Of a stretch of 64,000 nucleotides of DNA, positions 20,728-29,042 are shown piece by piece (the stretch's first letter is position 1; the number at the start of each line of letters is the position of its first letter). Below the pieces are notes generated by a model, which saw only the letters and a list, made by a program, of their open reading frames with translations, was not told where the DNA came from and made no database searches. The stretch comes from an uncultured Chlamydiae bacterium. GTDB taxonomy: Bacteria > Chlamydiota > Chlamydiia > Chlamydiales > SM23-39. Made by a program: the position numbers and the translations under genes. Where the stretch lies: assembly GCA_963828125.1 (NCBI GenBank), contig CAWHDP010000001.1, positions 288,001-352,000 on the forward strand. The letters run 5' to 3'.

Positions 20728-21395
20728 GGGAACGCGATATTTCATACCTCTTATGATTATCAATATTGGTAATTTTCTTCTAGACAAGAATTTATTTTAA
20801 TGTGAGGGGGGTCAACTCGCGAAACGGATTGTAACGCACGTTAAGACTTTATCGGCAATCGTAGCTGCCTAAAATTCGTTCCATTGGGCTTCAACCCCTA
20901 TAACGGAAATCCAACGGAGTAGCCAATCGCCAGCCTTTGAAATGGATTGACCTCGATTGACAATATTTTCTAGCAATAATCTAGTTTTTTCTATAGACTT
21001 TGCCAAGCAAAGGTGATTTAAGGTCATCTGAAGTATTTGGCGGAGACGGCTCCCCAAGACTGTTAATCCATTGGTCGAATGTTCGAATCATTCACCCGGA
21101 GTTTGTCTACCTTTAACTGGGGCATGCTCTACCTCAAAGAGAAGCTCTCCTACATTATTTTTTGCCCCAACAAAATACCATCTTGGTCCTAGCAGAAAAT
21201 AGGGTTGCAAAACATTGTTGCCTGATTCCCAAATTTTTATAGAGGCTTGAAGACCCACTGTAAGTGGTGCAATCCAAATACTGGTTTTGGATCCCGAACC
21301 TGTAGAGCGCTCCACTGATGAAACAACCAAAATAGCAATTCCAATTGTAAGTTAGTACAAGCTGGTAATCCGCTCCTCCTTCACCAATGACTGTG
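20401..21395. repeat. Segmental duplicate of 2858-4324 with two internal deletions
   Basis: Near-identical sequence; deletions of about 450 bp at ~21156 and about 20 bp at ~21310. Confidence 0.9.
21058..21101 (+). repeat. tRNA-Asn 3' fragment, att-core copy 3
   Basis: Identical to copy 1; arm motif at 20904. Confidence 0.85.
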
Positions 21396-21444
21396 GGACT
21401 TAGGATCGCTTGATCTTTTTTCGATAGTTCTGTACGATGGGTCT

Positions 21445-21508
21445 TATAAGTGGATCGGGAGTTCCCGATCGGCGTCTTGCCTCGGCGTAAGCCGGGGCTT
21501 TTCGCTTT
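21445..21508 (-). ncRNA. Candidate DUF3800-associated structured RNA (two hairpins)
   Basis: Minus strand AAAGCGAAAA-GCCCCGGC-TTAC-GCCGAGGC-AAGACGCC-GATCGGGA-AC-TCCCGATC-CAC; contiguous with the DUF3800 3' end once the intron is removed. Confidence 0.55.
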
Positions 21509-22229
21509 GTGCGCCCGGCAGGGCGCAATCACTAGAGAGTGAAAGTCTCTCATGGACCCGATAAGGGGAACCATTAGCAATTGACAAGGGTGTCCACAGA
21601 AAGGGTTATGGCATCGCTTAAAGAGGTCTTAGAAGAGCGCCTGAAACTTAAGATCAACGAAGAGAAAAGCGCGGTAGCTAGACCCTGGAGTCGCAAATTT
21701 CTTGGATATTCAATGACAGTCGATAAAAAGACGAGATTGAAGGTATCTCCAAAAGCCATAGAACGGCTGAAGGATAAAATGAAAGAGAAGTTCCGGCAAG
21801 GGCGAGGTAGAAATCTAGGAAAGTTTATCGAGGAACTCAAGCCTCTACTGGGAGGGTGGATTAACTACTTTCGACTAGCGGAGACCAAGAAAGCAATCGA
21901 AGAACTGGACTGGTGGATAAGACGTAAGCTGCGATGCATTATCTGGCGGCAGAAGAAGAACGGAAGGGCAAGAACTGACGTAATGATGAAGATGGGAATA
22001 GACAAAGTACGCGCTCGGACATCGGCGGGAAATAGACGAGGTCCATGGTGGAACTCTGGAGCCCCGCATATGAATGAAGCTTTCCCAAAATCATACTTTG
22101 ATAACCTAGGGCTTGTATCTCTGCTCGATCAACAGTGGAAGTTCCAGAGGATGTTGTGAACCGCCGTATACGGATCCGTACGTACGGTGGTGTGAGGGGA
22201 CGGAGGCCATAAACCTCCTCCCACTCGAT
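21509..22229 (+). mobile_element. Group IIC-like intron, internally deleted, both ends retained
   Basis: 5' GTGCGCCCGGCA directly after a hairpin plus T tract; domain V GAACCGCCGTATACGGATCCGTACGTACGGTGGTG; domain VI ending CTCGAT. Confidence 0.85.
21581..22159 (+). pseudogene. C-terminal part of group II intron RT/maturase
   Basis: LKLKINEEKS...KFLGYS...GWINYFRLA...WIRRKLR...LGLVSL; no YADD catalytic motif. Confidence 0.88.
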
Positions 22230-22959
22230 CTAGGGGGTGACATTTTAGCCCCATTTCTTCGTATTCTGGATATCCCAATAGTTTCTCTTTCACTATATCA
22301 AAAGCCTTATTGGGCTGATCTTTTTTTAAGATATGTCTAGAGATCGGATGGGCGACCAAATCTGCCATTTGCAGACCGCTGCTGTTCGTTTGCTTATGAG
22401 CGAATCGGATATTCAGAGGATAACGATCGGGTAGTCCTTGGCTCGCAATTTGATCGAAGGCTAATCCTAAGTCTTGATCTTCAGGCTTGCCTCTGCTTTC
22501 CACGATGATGTGGGTGAGTAAGTGTCGTTGCCCCTTCTCTTGTAAAAACTCTATGGTCTGTTGGAGACAAGATCCTAGAGCGAGCACATAGGGATTTGTA
22601 GAGCTCGAATCACTTCCAAGATATCGCTTATCAATAGCTGTTGCTGCGATTGAAAATGGGATGGTTCTGATCATTTCATTGAGAGAGTGTAGGAAAATCC
22701 TTCTGAGTTCCTCATTGAATAGAAACGAGAATTCTCCTTTTGATTTTCGTATCTCGTGATTGTGCAGAACAACAAGGTCATGTCCCCAGAAGTCGATTTT
22801 GAATTTGGCGACAGCTTGTTTGACGATCGAAATGTAATCGGTTTTTCTGAAAATGCAAAATGCGAGCACAAAGATTGGGTTTTCCGGATTGATTGTCTTG
22901 ATTCCGTGGTCACCGCTCTCATCAGCAAATACGATGTAATCGCTAAAATCATTTCGCAT
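22230..22959 (-). CDS. DUF3800 (RNase H-like) protein, C-terminus interrupted by the intron
   Basis: YIVFADESGDHG, LHNHEIRK, IIVESRG, GLQMADLVAHPI. Confidence 0.85.
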
Positions 22960-23026
22960 TTTAAAGAGCTTACCCGAAAGAAGATGAGCTCTCAAGATCT
23001 CTTTGAAAATATCGAAGACTTCTCTA

Positions 23027-23191
23027 CGGAAAAAATGCGGAAATCCAACGGAGTTGCAGGTGGACGTTGGTTGATTCTTTTTACCCTTGTTTGCAAATTG
23101 ATCTTGGGAAAAATCGGAGTTTCCCTATAGACTTGAGTTGTTTTGGGTGAGGTTAGGTAACCTAAGGTAAGAGACGTCAGCGACTTTGGTG
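23027..23191 (+). other. Class A att-arm-like flank with three 11-bp-spaced CGGA units
   Basis: CGGAAAAAATG-CGGAAATCCAA-CGGAG; 23038 is 154 bp before core 4; CTATAGACTT and TAAGGT conserved. Confidence 0.6.
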
Positions 23192-23235
23192 GACTGTTAA
23201 TCCATTGGTCGTATGTTCGAATCATACACCCGGAG
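23192..23235 (+). repeat. tRNA-Asn 3' fragment, att-core copy 4
   Basis: GACTGTTAATCCATTGGTCGTATGTTCGAATCATACACCCGGAG, preceded by GTG, which completes the anticodon stem. Confidence 0.88.
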
Positions 23236-23331
23236 ATTTGCTGGTTGGAACATTCTTTCTCGATCCCTTGTTATCAAGGCAAGGTCGAAGAGATCGTTAA
23301 GAGCTACCGATCCAATCAATAGGAGGAGAGC

Positions 23332-23652
23332 ATGAATATCTTTCCTGGAATTGCGACATTTTTTAGCTATATACTGTTCCTTGTCTATATTGTTTTCCTC
23401 ATTCCGGCTTTGATCTATATCTCTCCACTAGGCCTATTTATTTTAGATAGGGATGGCGTAGGGACTGTGGCTGCGATATCTTGCCTGGTCGCTACAATCG
23501 CTATACCATTGTCTATGGCAGCTAGCATCTATTTTATGATCAAATATTCAAAGAGGCCTTTAAGGATGTTTTTTTCAGCCTGTCTTCCTTTCGGAGTAGT
23601 TTTCTTTGCACTGTGCTGGGCACATTTAATTTCTTGGCTCTGCAGCGCGTAA
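23332..23652 (+). CDS. Small membrane protein (3 predicted TM segments)
   Basis: Strong RBS AGGAGG; hydrophobic 106 aa. Confidence 0.7.
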   Translation: MNIFPGIATFFSYILFLVYIVFLIPALIYISPLGLFILDRDGVGTVAAISCLVATIAIPLSMAASIYFMIKYSKRPLRMFFSACLPFGVVFFALCWAHLISWLCSA

Positions 23653-23937
23653 ATTTTTCTGGAATGAATGGTGCACTGGCGGTGCAGTTAGATATAAAAA
23701 CTGACCACAAGGGACCACAAGCCATAATAATCCATTCACTCTCAAGTCCTTGATTCTCTTGTTGCTAGTAATTGTAGGTTGTGGTCGGCTGAAGATGGGT
23801 GTGTATTTGAAGTATCTGTCTTTTAGTGGTCTAACAGATAGATACTTAAGTTCTCTTTTGACCGAATTTTATGGAAAAGTTCATTGGTAAGAGGATAACA
23901 TGGGAGACAAACTTGGGAGATAAATTGCAAGGCTGAT

Positions 23938-24690
23938 ATGGCAGAGATGAATCGAAAAACCTATAAGAATCCCCAGATTGTTGAGGCAGTGATAGAGGTT
24001 CGCTTTATCAAACCTATTGACAATGCAAAGGTTCAAGACGCTCTGAGCACTCAATACGATCATTGCAGGCGAGAAGATCTTATTTCGTTTACCGCCCAGC
24101 CTGGCCCAGAGGGTATGGCCGTCACTCGTAATCAGACAGGAAAGTTTCGATTGCACTACTCGATTACAAAGCATTTAACAGCTTTCGTTTATTCAGACAG
24201 AGTTTCCTTTCATTGGCAAGGCAAATACCCTGGTTGGGATATATTCCAACCTGCCTTCAAATCGTTTTGGACAAAATTGCTGAAAGCAACCCCAGAAATC
24301 GCAAGTGGCCGTGTTGGTGTACGCTTCATCAACATGGTTAATGAAAAAACAGCTGATCAAGAAGTAGGGCATTGGCTTAAGCCGGCAATTGATTATCCGA
24401 AAGGGCTTCTCTCTTCTAAAGGAGGCTTTTTTTACAGTATTAGAAGGCCACTAAAATTAAAGCATTATATTCAGCTCTTTGTCGCAGAAGGTGAACCCAG
24501 CACAACCGATGGTAATAAGCCCCTGATTTTGGATATTGATGTTCAGTCGGATCATATAGATAAGGAAGGCGTTACGTCGAAAAAAGAGCTTCTGTCTTTA
24601 ATCGAAACTTTGCATGACGAAGTTGGCGATATTTTTGAAAATTCTATTACCAAGAATTATCTTAACTTGTTGAATAAGAAGGTGGAGTAA
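23938..24690 (+). CDS. TIGR04255-family protein
   Basis: YKNPQIVEAVIEVRF, YPGWDIF, RVGVRFIN, LILDIDV, LHDEVGDIF. Confidence 0.8.
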   Translation: MAEMNRKTYKNPQIVEAVIEVRFIKPIDNAKVQDALSTQYDHCRREDLISFTAQPGPEGMAVTRNQTGKFRLHYSITKHLTAFVYSDRVSFHWQGKYPGWDIFQPAFKSFWTKLLKATPEIASGRVGVRFINMVNEKTADQEVGHWLKPAIDYPKGLLSSKGGFFYSIRRPLKLKHYIQLFVAEGEPSTTDGNKPLILDIDVQSDHIDKEGVTSKKELLSLIETLHDEVGDIFENSITKNYLNLLNKKVE

Positions 24691-24691
24691 G

Positions 24692-24973
24692 ATGGCTGTA
24701 TTACACGCAGACGGCTTTCCTGGTACCGTTAGAAGTGTGGAGGAGCGCTTTTATGCTGAATTAGCTGACAGAATGCCTGGAAATTCTTCTGTTAGCATGA
24801 CCTACATGCAACAACTGCCTAATGTGACAGTATCTGAGGTTAGGCCGAAGTCCTCTCGTTTAGCTATGCTGGAAGAAGCTGGTCTGCTTGGATGTTTAAC
24901 AGATACCGAGTTCACAAGTAGTAATTCTAAAGAGATTCTGCGAAAATTTTATTCGAAAAAAACTGGTAAATAA
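24692..24973 (+). CDS. Hypothetical protein, possible antitoxin
   Basis: Lies between TIGR04255 and PIN genes, 1-nt gap to the upstream gene. Confidence 0.55.
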   Translation: MAVLHADGFPGTVRSVEERFYAELADRMPGNSSVSMTYMQQLPNVTVSEVRPKSSRLAMLEEAGLLGCLTDTEFTSSNSKEILRKFYSKKTGK

Positions 24974-24990
24974 TGTGCTAGAGAATCGTT

Positions 24991-25452
24991 GTGAACTCTT
25001 CTAAAAAACCAGTAATCGCTGATACGGGATACCTATTCGCATTCTATAGTAAAAAAGATCAGTACTATCGAGTGGTTGCCGAATGGGAAGAATCTTTTGG
25101 AGAAGGATATAGGCTTGTTACTACACCTTTTGTTGTTTTAGAGGTTTATCAAATGCTTCTTGATATTAACCATTCAAAAGCTTTGAGCTTCATGGAATTA
25201 GTAGAGAAAGGAGAGTACGTAGAAGTAATTCCTCTTGAAAGAGATTGGGTTAGAAAATTCAAGCAGATTGTAAAGAAATATAAAGACAAATCTCTCGACT
25301 TTGCGGATATGTCTATTTTGTTGTTGGCAGATCAATTGAATCTGGGGGATCTACTTACTATAGATCAGGGAGACTTTTCTTTTCTCACATGGGACAATGG
25401 TGGGAAATATTTCAACAATCTTTTGCAAGATATTCTTATCAAAAAGTTCTAA
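24991..25452 (+). CDS. PIN-domain (VapC-like) ribonuclease
   Basis: IADTGYL, TTPFVVLE, LDFADMSI, LTIDQGDF. Confidence 0.88.
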   Translation: MNSSKKPVIADTGYLFAFYSKKDQYYRVVAEWEESFGEGYRLVTTPFVVLEVYQMLLDINHSKALSFMELVEKGEYVEVIPLERDWVRKFKQIVKKYKDKSLDFADMSILLLADQLNLGDLLTIDQGDFSFLTWDNGGKYFNNLLQDILIKKF

Positions 25453-25511
25453 CTATTTAATCCAGTTGTCGTTAAAATGGGTGGAGTGTTGTAGGGTGCT
25501 GTATTCGAGGC

Positions 25512-25555
25512 GACTGTTAAGCCATTGGTCGTATGTTCGAATCATACACCCGGAG
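25512..25555 (+). repeat. tRNA-Asn 3' fragment, att-core copy 5
   Basis: GACTGTTAAGCCATTGGTCGTATGTTCGAATCATACACCCGGAG. Confidence 0.88.
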
Positions 25556-25777
25556 TTTCTTCCCGCATTTCCTAAATAGCTCTGGTACAAGCAATTTCAA
25601 ACCAGAGGCTCTTATGTTCAAATTTCGCAAAGTGCAGATTTTCCGCACTTTTTCCGCAAATGACTGGAACCCTCCAGAATCAAAATATTTATTTCACGCT
25701 GACAAAGGTGAACGATTTTCTAACATGTCATTGATAGAAAAGCTAACAACCAGTATCCTGATGGTCAGGAGTGAAGT

Positions 25778-26557
25778 ATGGAACAAAGTCTCGGGGACCG
25801 CATTAAAGTCCTTCGCGAAGAAATGGATATTAGCCAAGAGGCATTGGCTAAAATGTTGGGTATCGATCGTGCTAGTTTATCCCAAATTGAAAATGGGAAG
25901 AGATCGGTAAAGGCGGAGGAACTGTCTTCGATCTCCAAGGCTCTGAACGTATCAGCAGATATGCTCCTCGGGCTGACTTCTTCGCCAGAAATTTTCCTAG
26001 AGAAAAACCAAGACAAACTTGCAATACGCCCGATCAGAATCAATATCCCTCAAAAAAAGACACATAAGTTTAAGGAAGTTTTACTCTATATTCTTTCCAA
26101 AGTTGGCGCAAAGCCGAATGTAGGAGAGACGGTTATTTATAAGCTATTATATTTCATCGACTTTAATTTTTATGAAAAATATGAGGAACAGCTCATTGGA
26201 GCGACGTATATCAAAAATCATCACGGTCCCACCCCAATAGAGTTTCGGGCGGTTATTGAAGAAATGGTATCTGCAAAGGAACTGGAATGCGTTCAGAGTA
26301 AATATTTCAATTTTCCTCAGAGAAAATACTTGCCCCACAGGGCATCAGATCTTTCTCTACTTACTGGTGAAGAACTTCAGTTAATCGATGATGTTCTCAA
26401 TAAACTTTCAAACATGACGGCTACTGAAATTAGCGAATATTCCCACGGAGATGTCCCATGGATTACCACCCCCAATGGCGAGAAAATTGACTATGAATCG
26501 GTCTTTTACCGCACCGCCCCCTACAGCGTCAGAGATTACAGTACCGAGCTTTCGTGA
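25778..26557 (+). CDS. XRE-HTH plus DUF4065 (Panacea-like) antitoxin
   Basis: SQEALAKMLGIDRASLSQIENGKR; KLLYFIDF, HGPTP, SEYSHGDVPW. Confidence 0.85.
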   Translation: MEQSLGDRIKVLREEMDISQEALAKMLGIDRASLSQIENGKRSVKAEELSSISKALNVSADMLLGLTSSPEIFLEKNQDKLAIRPIRINIPQKKTHKFKEVLLYILSKVGAKPNVGETVIYKLLYFIDFNFYEKYEEQLIGATYIKNHHGPTPIEFRAVIEEMVSAKELECVQSKYFNFPQRKYLPHRASDLSLLTGEELQLIDDVLNKLSNMTATEISEYSHGDVPWITTPNGEKIDYESVFYRTAPYSVRDYSTELS

Positions 26558-26900
26558 AATCACTCGCTCGCCTGCTTTCGAAAAGGACTTAAAAAAACTC
26601 TTGAAGCGGTTCCAGAGTTTAGAAAAAGACCTCGAAATTTTTCAGAAGGTCCAGCTTATTCTTTTTCATAAGCAGGGACTGGACAATGGGGGTATTGTTC
26701 GGATAGAGGGGTTAGGGCAGGGGATTTTGCAGATTTTCAAAGCTCGGAAATTTGCCTGCCGTTCTTTAAAAGGAAAGGGAGTTCAGTCGGGGATTCGAGT
26801 GATTTACTCATACACTGTGGAACTCGACCGAATTCGGTATATCGAAATATATTATAAGGGAGACCAAGAAATAGAAACGAAGGCCCGTTTCCATGTATAG
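26493..26900 (+). CDS. RelE/ParE-like toxin (start uncertain)
   Basis: FEKDLKKLLKRFQSLEKDL...KGKGVQSGIRVIY...IYYKGDQE. Confidence 0.8.
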   Translation: MNRSFTAPPPTASEITVPSFREITRSPAFEKDLKKLLKRFQSLEKDLEIFQKVQLILFHKQGLDNGGIVRIEGLGQGILQIFKARKFACRSLKGKGVQSGIRVIYSYTVELDRIRYIEIYYKGDQEIETKARFHV

Positions 26901-27079
26901 TCAAAAGCTAAAGTCTGACTCAATACATTGAGAAAAATGCCTTTATGCTGTTAAGCTGCTATCCTTAGCGGGCAAAAGGTTTATGGGTGCTAAAGGTTAT
27001 ATTATTTAGCGAGAAGTATCCAGAAAGGGCATGATAACGGCCAGCCGAAAATTGCACAGATGCCTATTGGGGTTTAAAA

Positions 27080-27649
27080 ATGAATAAAATGAACAAACTT
27101 CTTTTCGCCATTGGCTTAACTTTTTCATGGGGCTATTGCTATGCAAGTGTAAATCAAGAAGTTGAAATTCAGGGACTTGAAATGAATTATAGCACGGAGC
27201 AACAAGCAAAGAAATTTTTCATCGGTCTTGAATTAAGGACAAACAATGAAGAATGTTCTTATGCTATGCCAGCTCATAAGGAGAGGTTTTTCAAAGAAAA
27301 TATTCCCGCTAAGATTCCGAATAAAATCAATGGCAATATTCTCGCACTTTACACTGATTACGAAGGAGATTACACGAAACCTTACTCATGGATTCTCGGT
27401 TGTGAAGTGTCTAGTTTGAATGACGTGCCTGAGGGACTTGTAGGTAGGGCAATTCCTGAAGCTAGATATGCTGTTTTTACCACTCAAGGAGAGTTTCCTC
27501 AAGGACTGATTGTCGCATGGCAGGCAATTTGGAAGGCAAATCTCCCTCGTTCCTATACAAGCGATTTCGAAGTATATCGTTCTACTTTTGATCCTCAGAA
27601 AAATCCTGAGGTAAAGGTTTATATTGCTATAGAGAACGAGGGGCGATGA
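27080..27649 (+). CDS. GyrI-like small-molecule-binding protein with signal peptide
   Basis: [29 protein letters not shown]. Confidence 0.85.
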   Translation: MNKMNKLLFAIGLTFSWGYCYASVNQEVEIQGLEMNYSTEQQAKKFFIGLELRTNNEECSYAMPAHKERFFKENIPAKIPNKINGNILALYTDYEGDYTKPYSWILGCEVSSLNDVPEGLVGRAIPEARYAVFTTQGEFPQGLIVAWQAIWKANLPRSYTSDFEVYRSTFDPQKNPEVKVYIAIENEGR

Positions 27650-27650
27650 T

Positions 27651-27905
27651 ATGGAAACACAACACGATTTTTTACAGATTCAATTTGCTGATTTTCTCAA
27701 AGTAGATATTCGCGTAGGGACGATTGTGAATGTCGAAGACTACCCAGAAGCACGGAAGCCTGCTTATAAGTTAGAAATCGATTTTGGTGCATTCGGTAGG
27801 AAACGTTCCTCAGCGCAGATCACGCAACACGATTGCAAAGAAGATCTCATAGGCAAGCAAGTGATCGCGGTAGTTAATTTTCCTCCAAAGAAGTATGTCG
27901 ATTAG
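27651..27905 (+). pseudogene. csaA: CsaA-like tRNA-binding protein, 3' truncated
   Basis: [12 protein letters not shown]...[14 protein letters not shown]...AVVNFPPK then a premature end. Confidence 0.8.
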
Positions 27906-28057
27906 CAAAAATGAGAAACTGCGGACGTGTTGAATGGTGGGTGCTCGACTGGAATGAACGAGCGATCAATTTTTATAAAAAAATTGGCGCGGTCCCTATG
28001 TCTGAGTGGACTGTATTTCGGCTTACAGAAGAATCTATCAATCGGTTAGTGCGGTAA
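27890..28057 (+). pseudogene. C-terminal remnant of a GNAT acetyltransferase
   Basis: Manual translation CGRVEWWVLDWNERAINFYKKIGA; joined to csaA by a deletion. Confidence 0.75.
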
Positions 28058-28061
28058 GAAT

Positions 28062-28646
28062 ATGTCCAAACGAATACTCATGATTGCAGGCCCTAATGGC
28101 GCTGGTAAAACGACTATGACATTGGAACTCATTCGCGGTTGTTCGATGCTTTATGAATTCATCAACGCAGATGAAATCGCCAGAGGACTTGCCCCAAGGC
28201 ATCCAGAGAGTATGGCACTCACAGCTAGTAAATTGATGATTAAGCGGCTAAAGGAGCTACTAGATGCTGACAAGAGCTTTGCATTTGAAATCACAGCTTC
28301 AGGCACGAACTATGTAAAGCACTTAAAAGCTGCCAAGATGAAGGGATATGAGATCAGTCTCACATTCCTCTGGCTGTCTAAGCCAGAAGAGGCGGTTAAG
28401 CGAGTAGCTCAAAGGGTAAAGCAAGGAGGGCATCACGTTCCCGAGGGGTCTGTTATAAGGCGCTATTATTCAGGAATTAAGAATCTTATTCAGCATTATT
28501 TGCCTCTAGCTGACGAAGTTTTTATCATGGATAATTCTTCGGAAGAGTCTTCGAAGAGACTGATTGCTAGAAAAAATAAGAATGATCCTCTAGATATCCT
28601 AGATAGAGCTATTTGGAGAAAAATTGAGGAGACTGCCAATGAGTGA
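28062..28646 (+). CDS. Zeta-toxin-like P-loop ATPase/kinase
   Basis: IAGPNGAGKTT, FINADEIA, RVAQRVKQGGHHVP, MDNS. Confidence 0.85.
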   Translation: MSKRILMIAGPNGAGKTTMTLELIRGCSMLYEFINADEIARGLAPRHPESMALTASKLMIKRLKELLDADKSFAFEITASGTNYVKHLKAAKMKGYEISLTFLWLSKPEEAVKRVAQRVKQGGHHVPEGSVIRRYYSGIKNLIQHYLPLADEVFIMDNSSEESSKRLIARKNKNDPLDILDRAIWRKIEETANE

Positions 28647-28842
28647 CGACTTAGGTAAATATATATTGGAAGCTCATGAGAGAAGTTTTGAGAGGGCTTT
28701 TGAGACGGCTGTTCGTACTGATACAGCTCTTGTTTTCTCTCGCAATGGTAAGATTGTGGAAGTCAAACCTCCCTATCGATATGAGCTTGTTCCAATCAAA
28801 CCAGCTAAAAAGAAAAAAGCGACGGTGCGACGTAAAAAATAG
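28639..28842 (+). CDS. Small partner protein of the zeta-like ATPase
   Basis: Overlapping start; LVFSRNGKIVEVKP motif. Confidence 0.65.
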   Translation: MSDDLGKYILEAHERSFERAFETAVRTDTALVFSRNGKIVEVKPPYRYELVPIKPAKKKKATVRRKK

Positions 28843-28998
28843 TATCCCCCCGCTCCTCAGCATGGCACAAATTTGGCACACTGGGGCGCAAAAGCAGGCA
28901 GCACTGGCCAGCACAAGCCAAAAGTTCAAAAAATCCTAAACATTTAATCCTGTCGCTGCTACATTCTATGGGATGTTGTCAGGTGCTGTGCCTGAAGT

Positions 28999-29042
28999 GA
29001 CTGTTAATCCATGGGTCGTATGTTCGAATCATACACCCGGAG
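28999..29042 (+). repeat. tRNA-Asn 3' fragment, att-core copy 6
   Basis: GACTGTTAATCCATGGGTCGTATGTTCGAATCATACACCCGGAG. Confidence 0.88.

Noticed and set aside
21581..22159. Retron or defence-associated RT
   Set aside because: Only RT7/X domains remain, followed by group II domains V-VI
23161..23235. Intact tRNA-Asn gene
   Set aside because: Anticodon stem can form, but no D arm or 5' acceptor strand complementary to ACCCGGA is present upstream; the same holds for all six copies
25533..25910. ORFs starting MFES(Y/F)TRS or MGRMFES (also 3536, 29011) and minus-strand ORFs over the arms (3326, 19365, 20869, 22992)
   Set aside because: They derive from the tRNA fragment or arm sequence; the similarity reflects non-coding repeats
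15575..28842. Classical integron with attC sites
   Set aside because: No intI, and no RYYYAAC...GTTRRRY palindromes recognised between genes; many genes overlap in operons
3515..29042. Repeats as a CRISPR array
   Set aside because: Spacing is kilobases, the repeat is a tRNA fragment, and no cas genes are present
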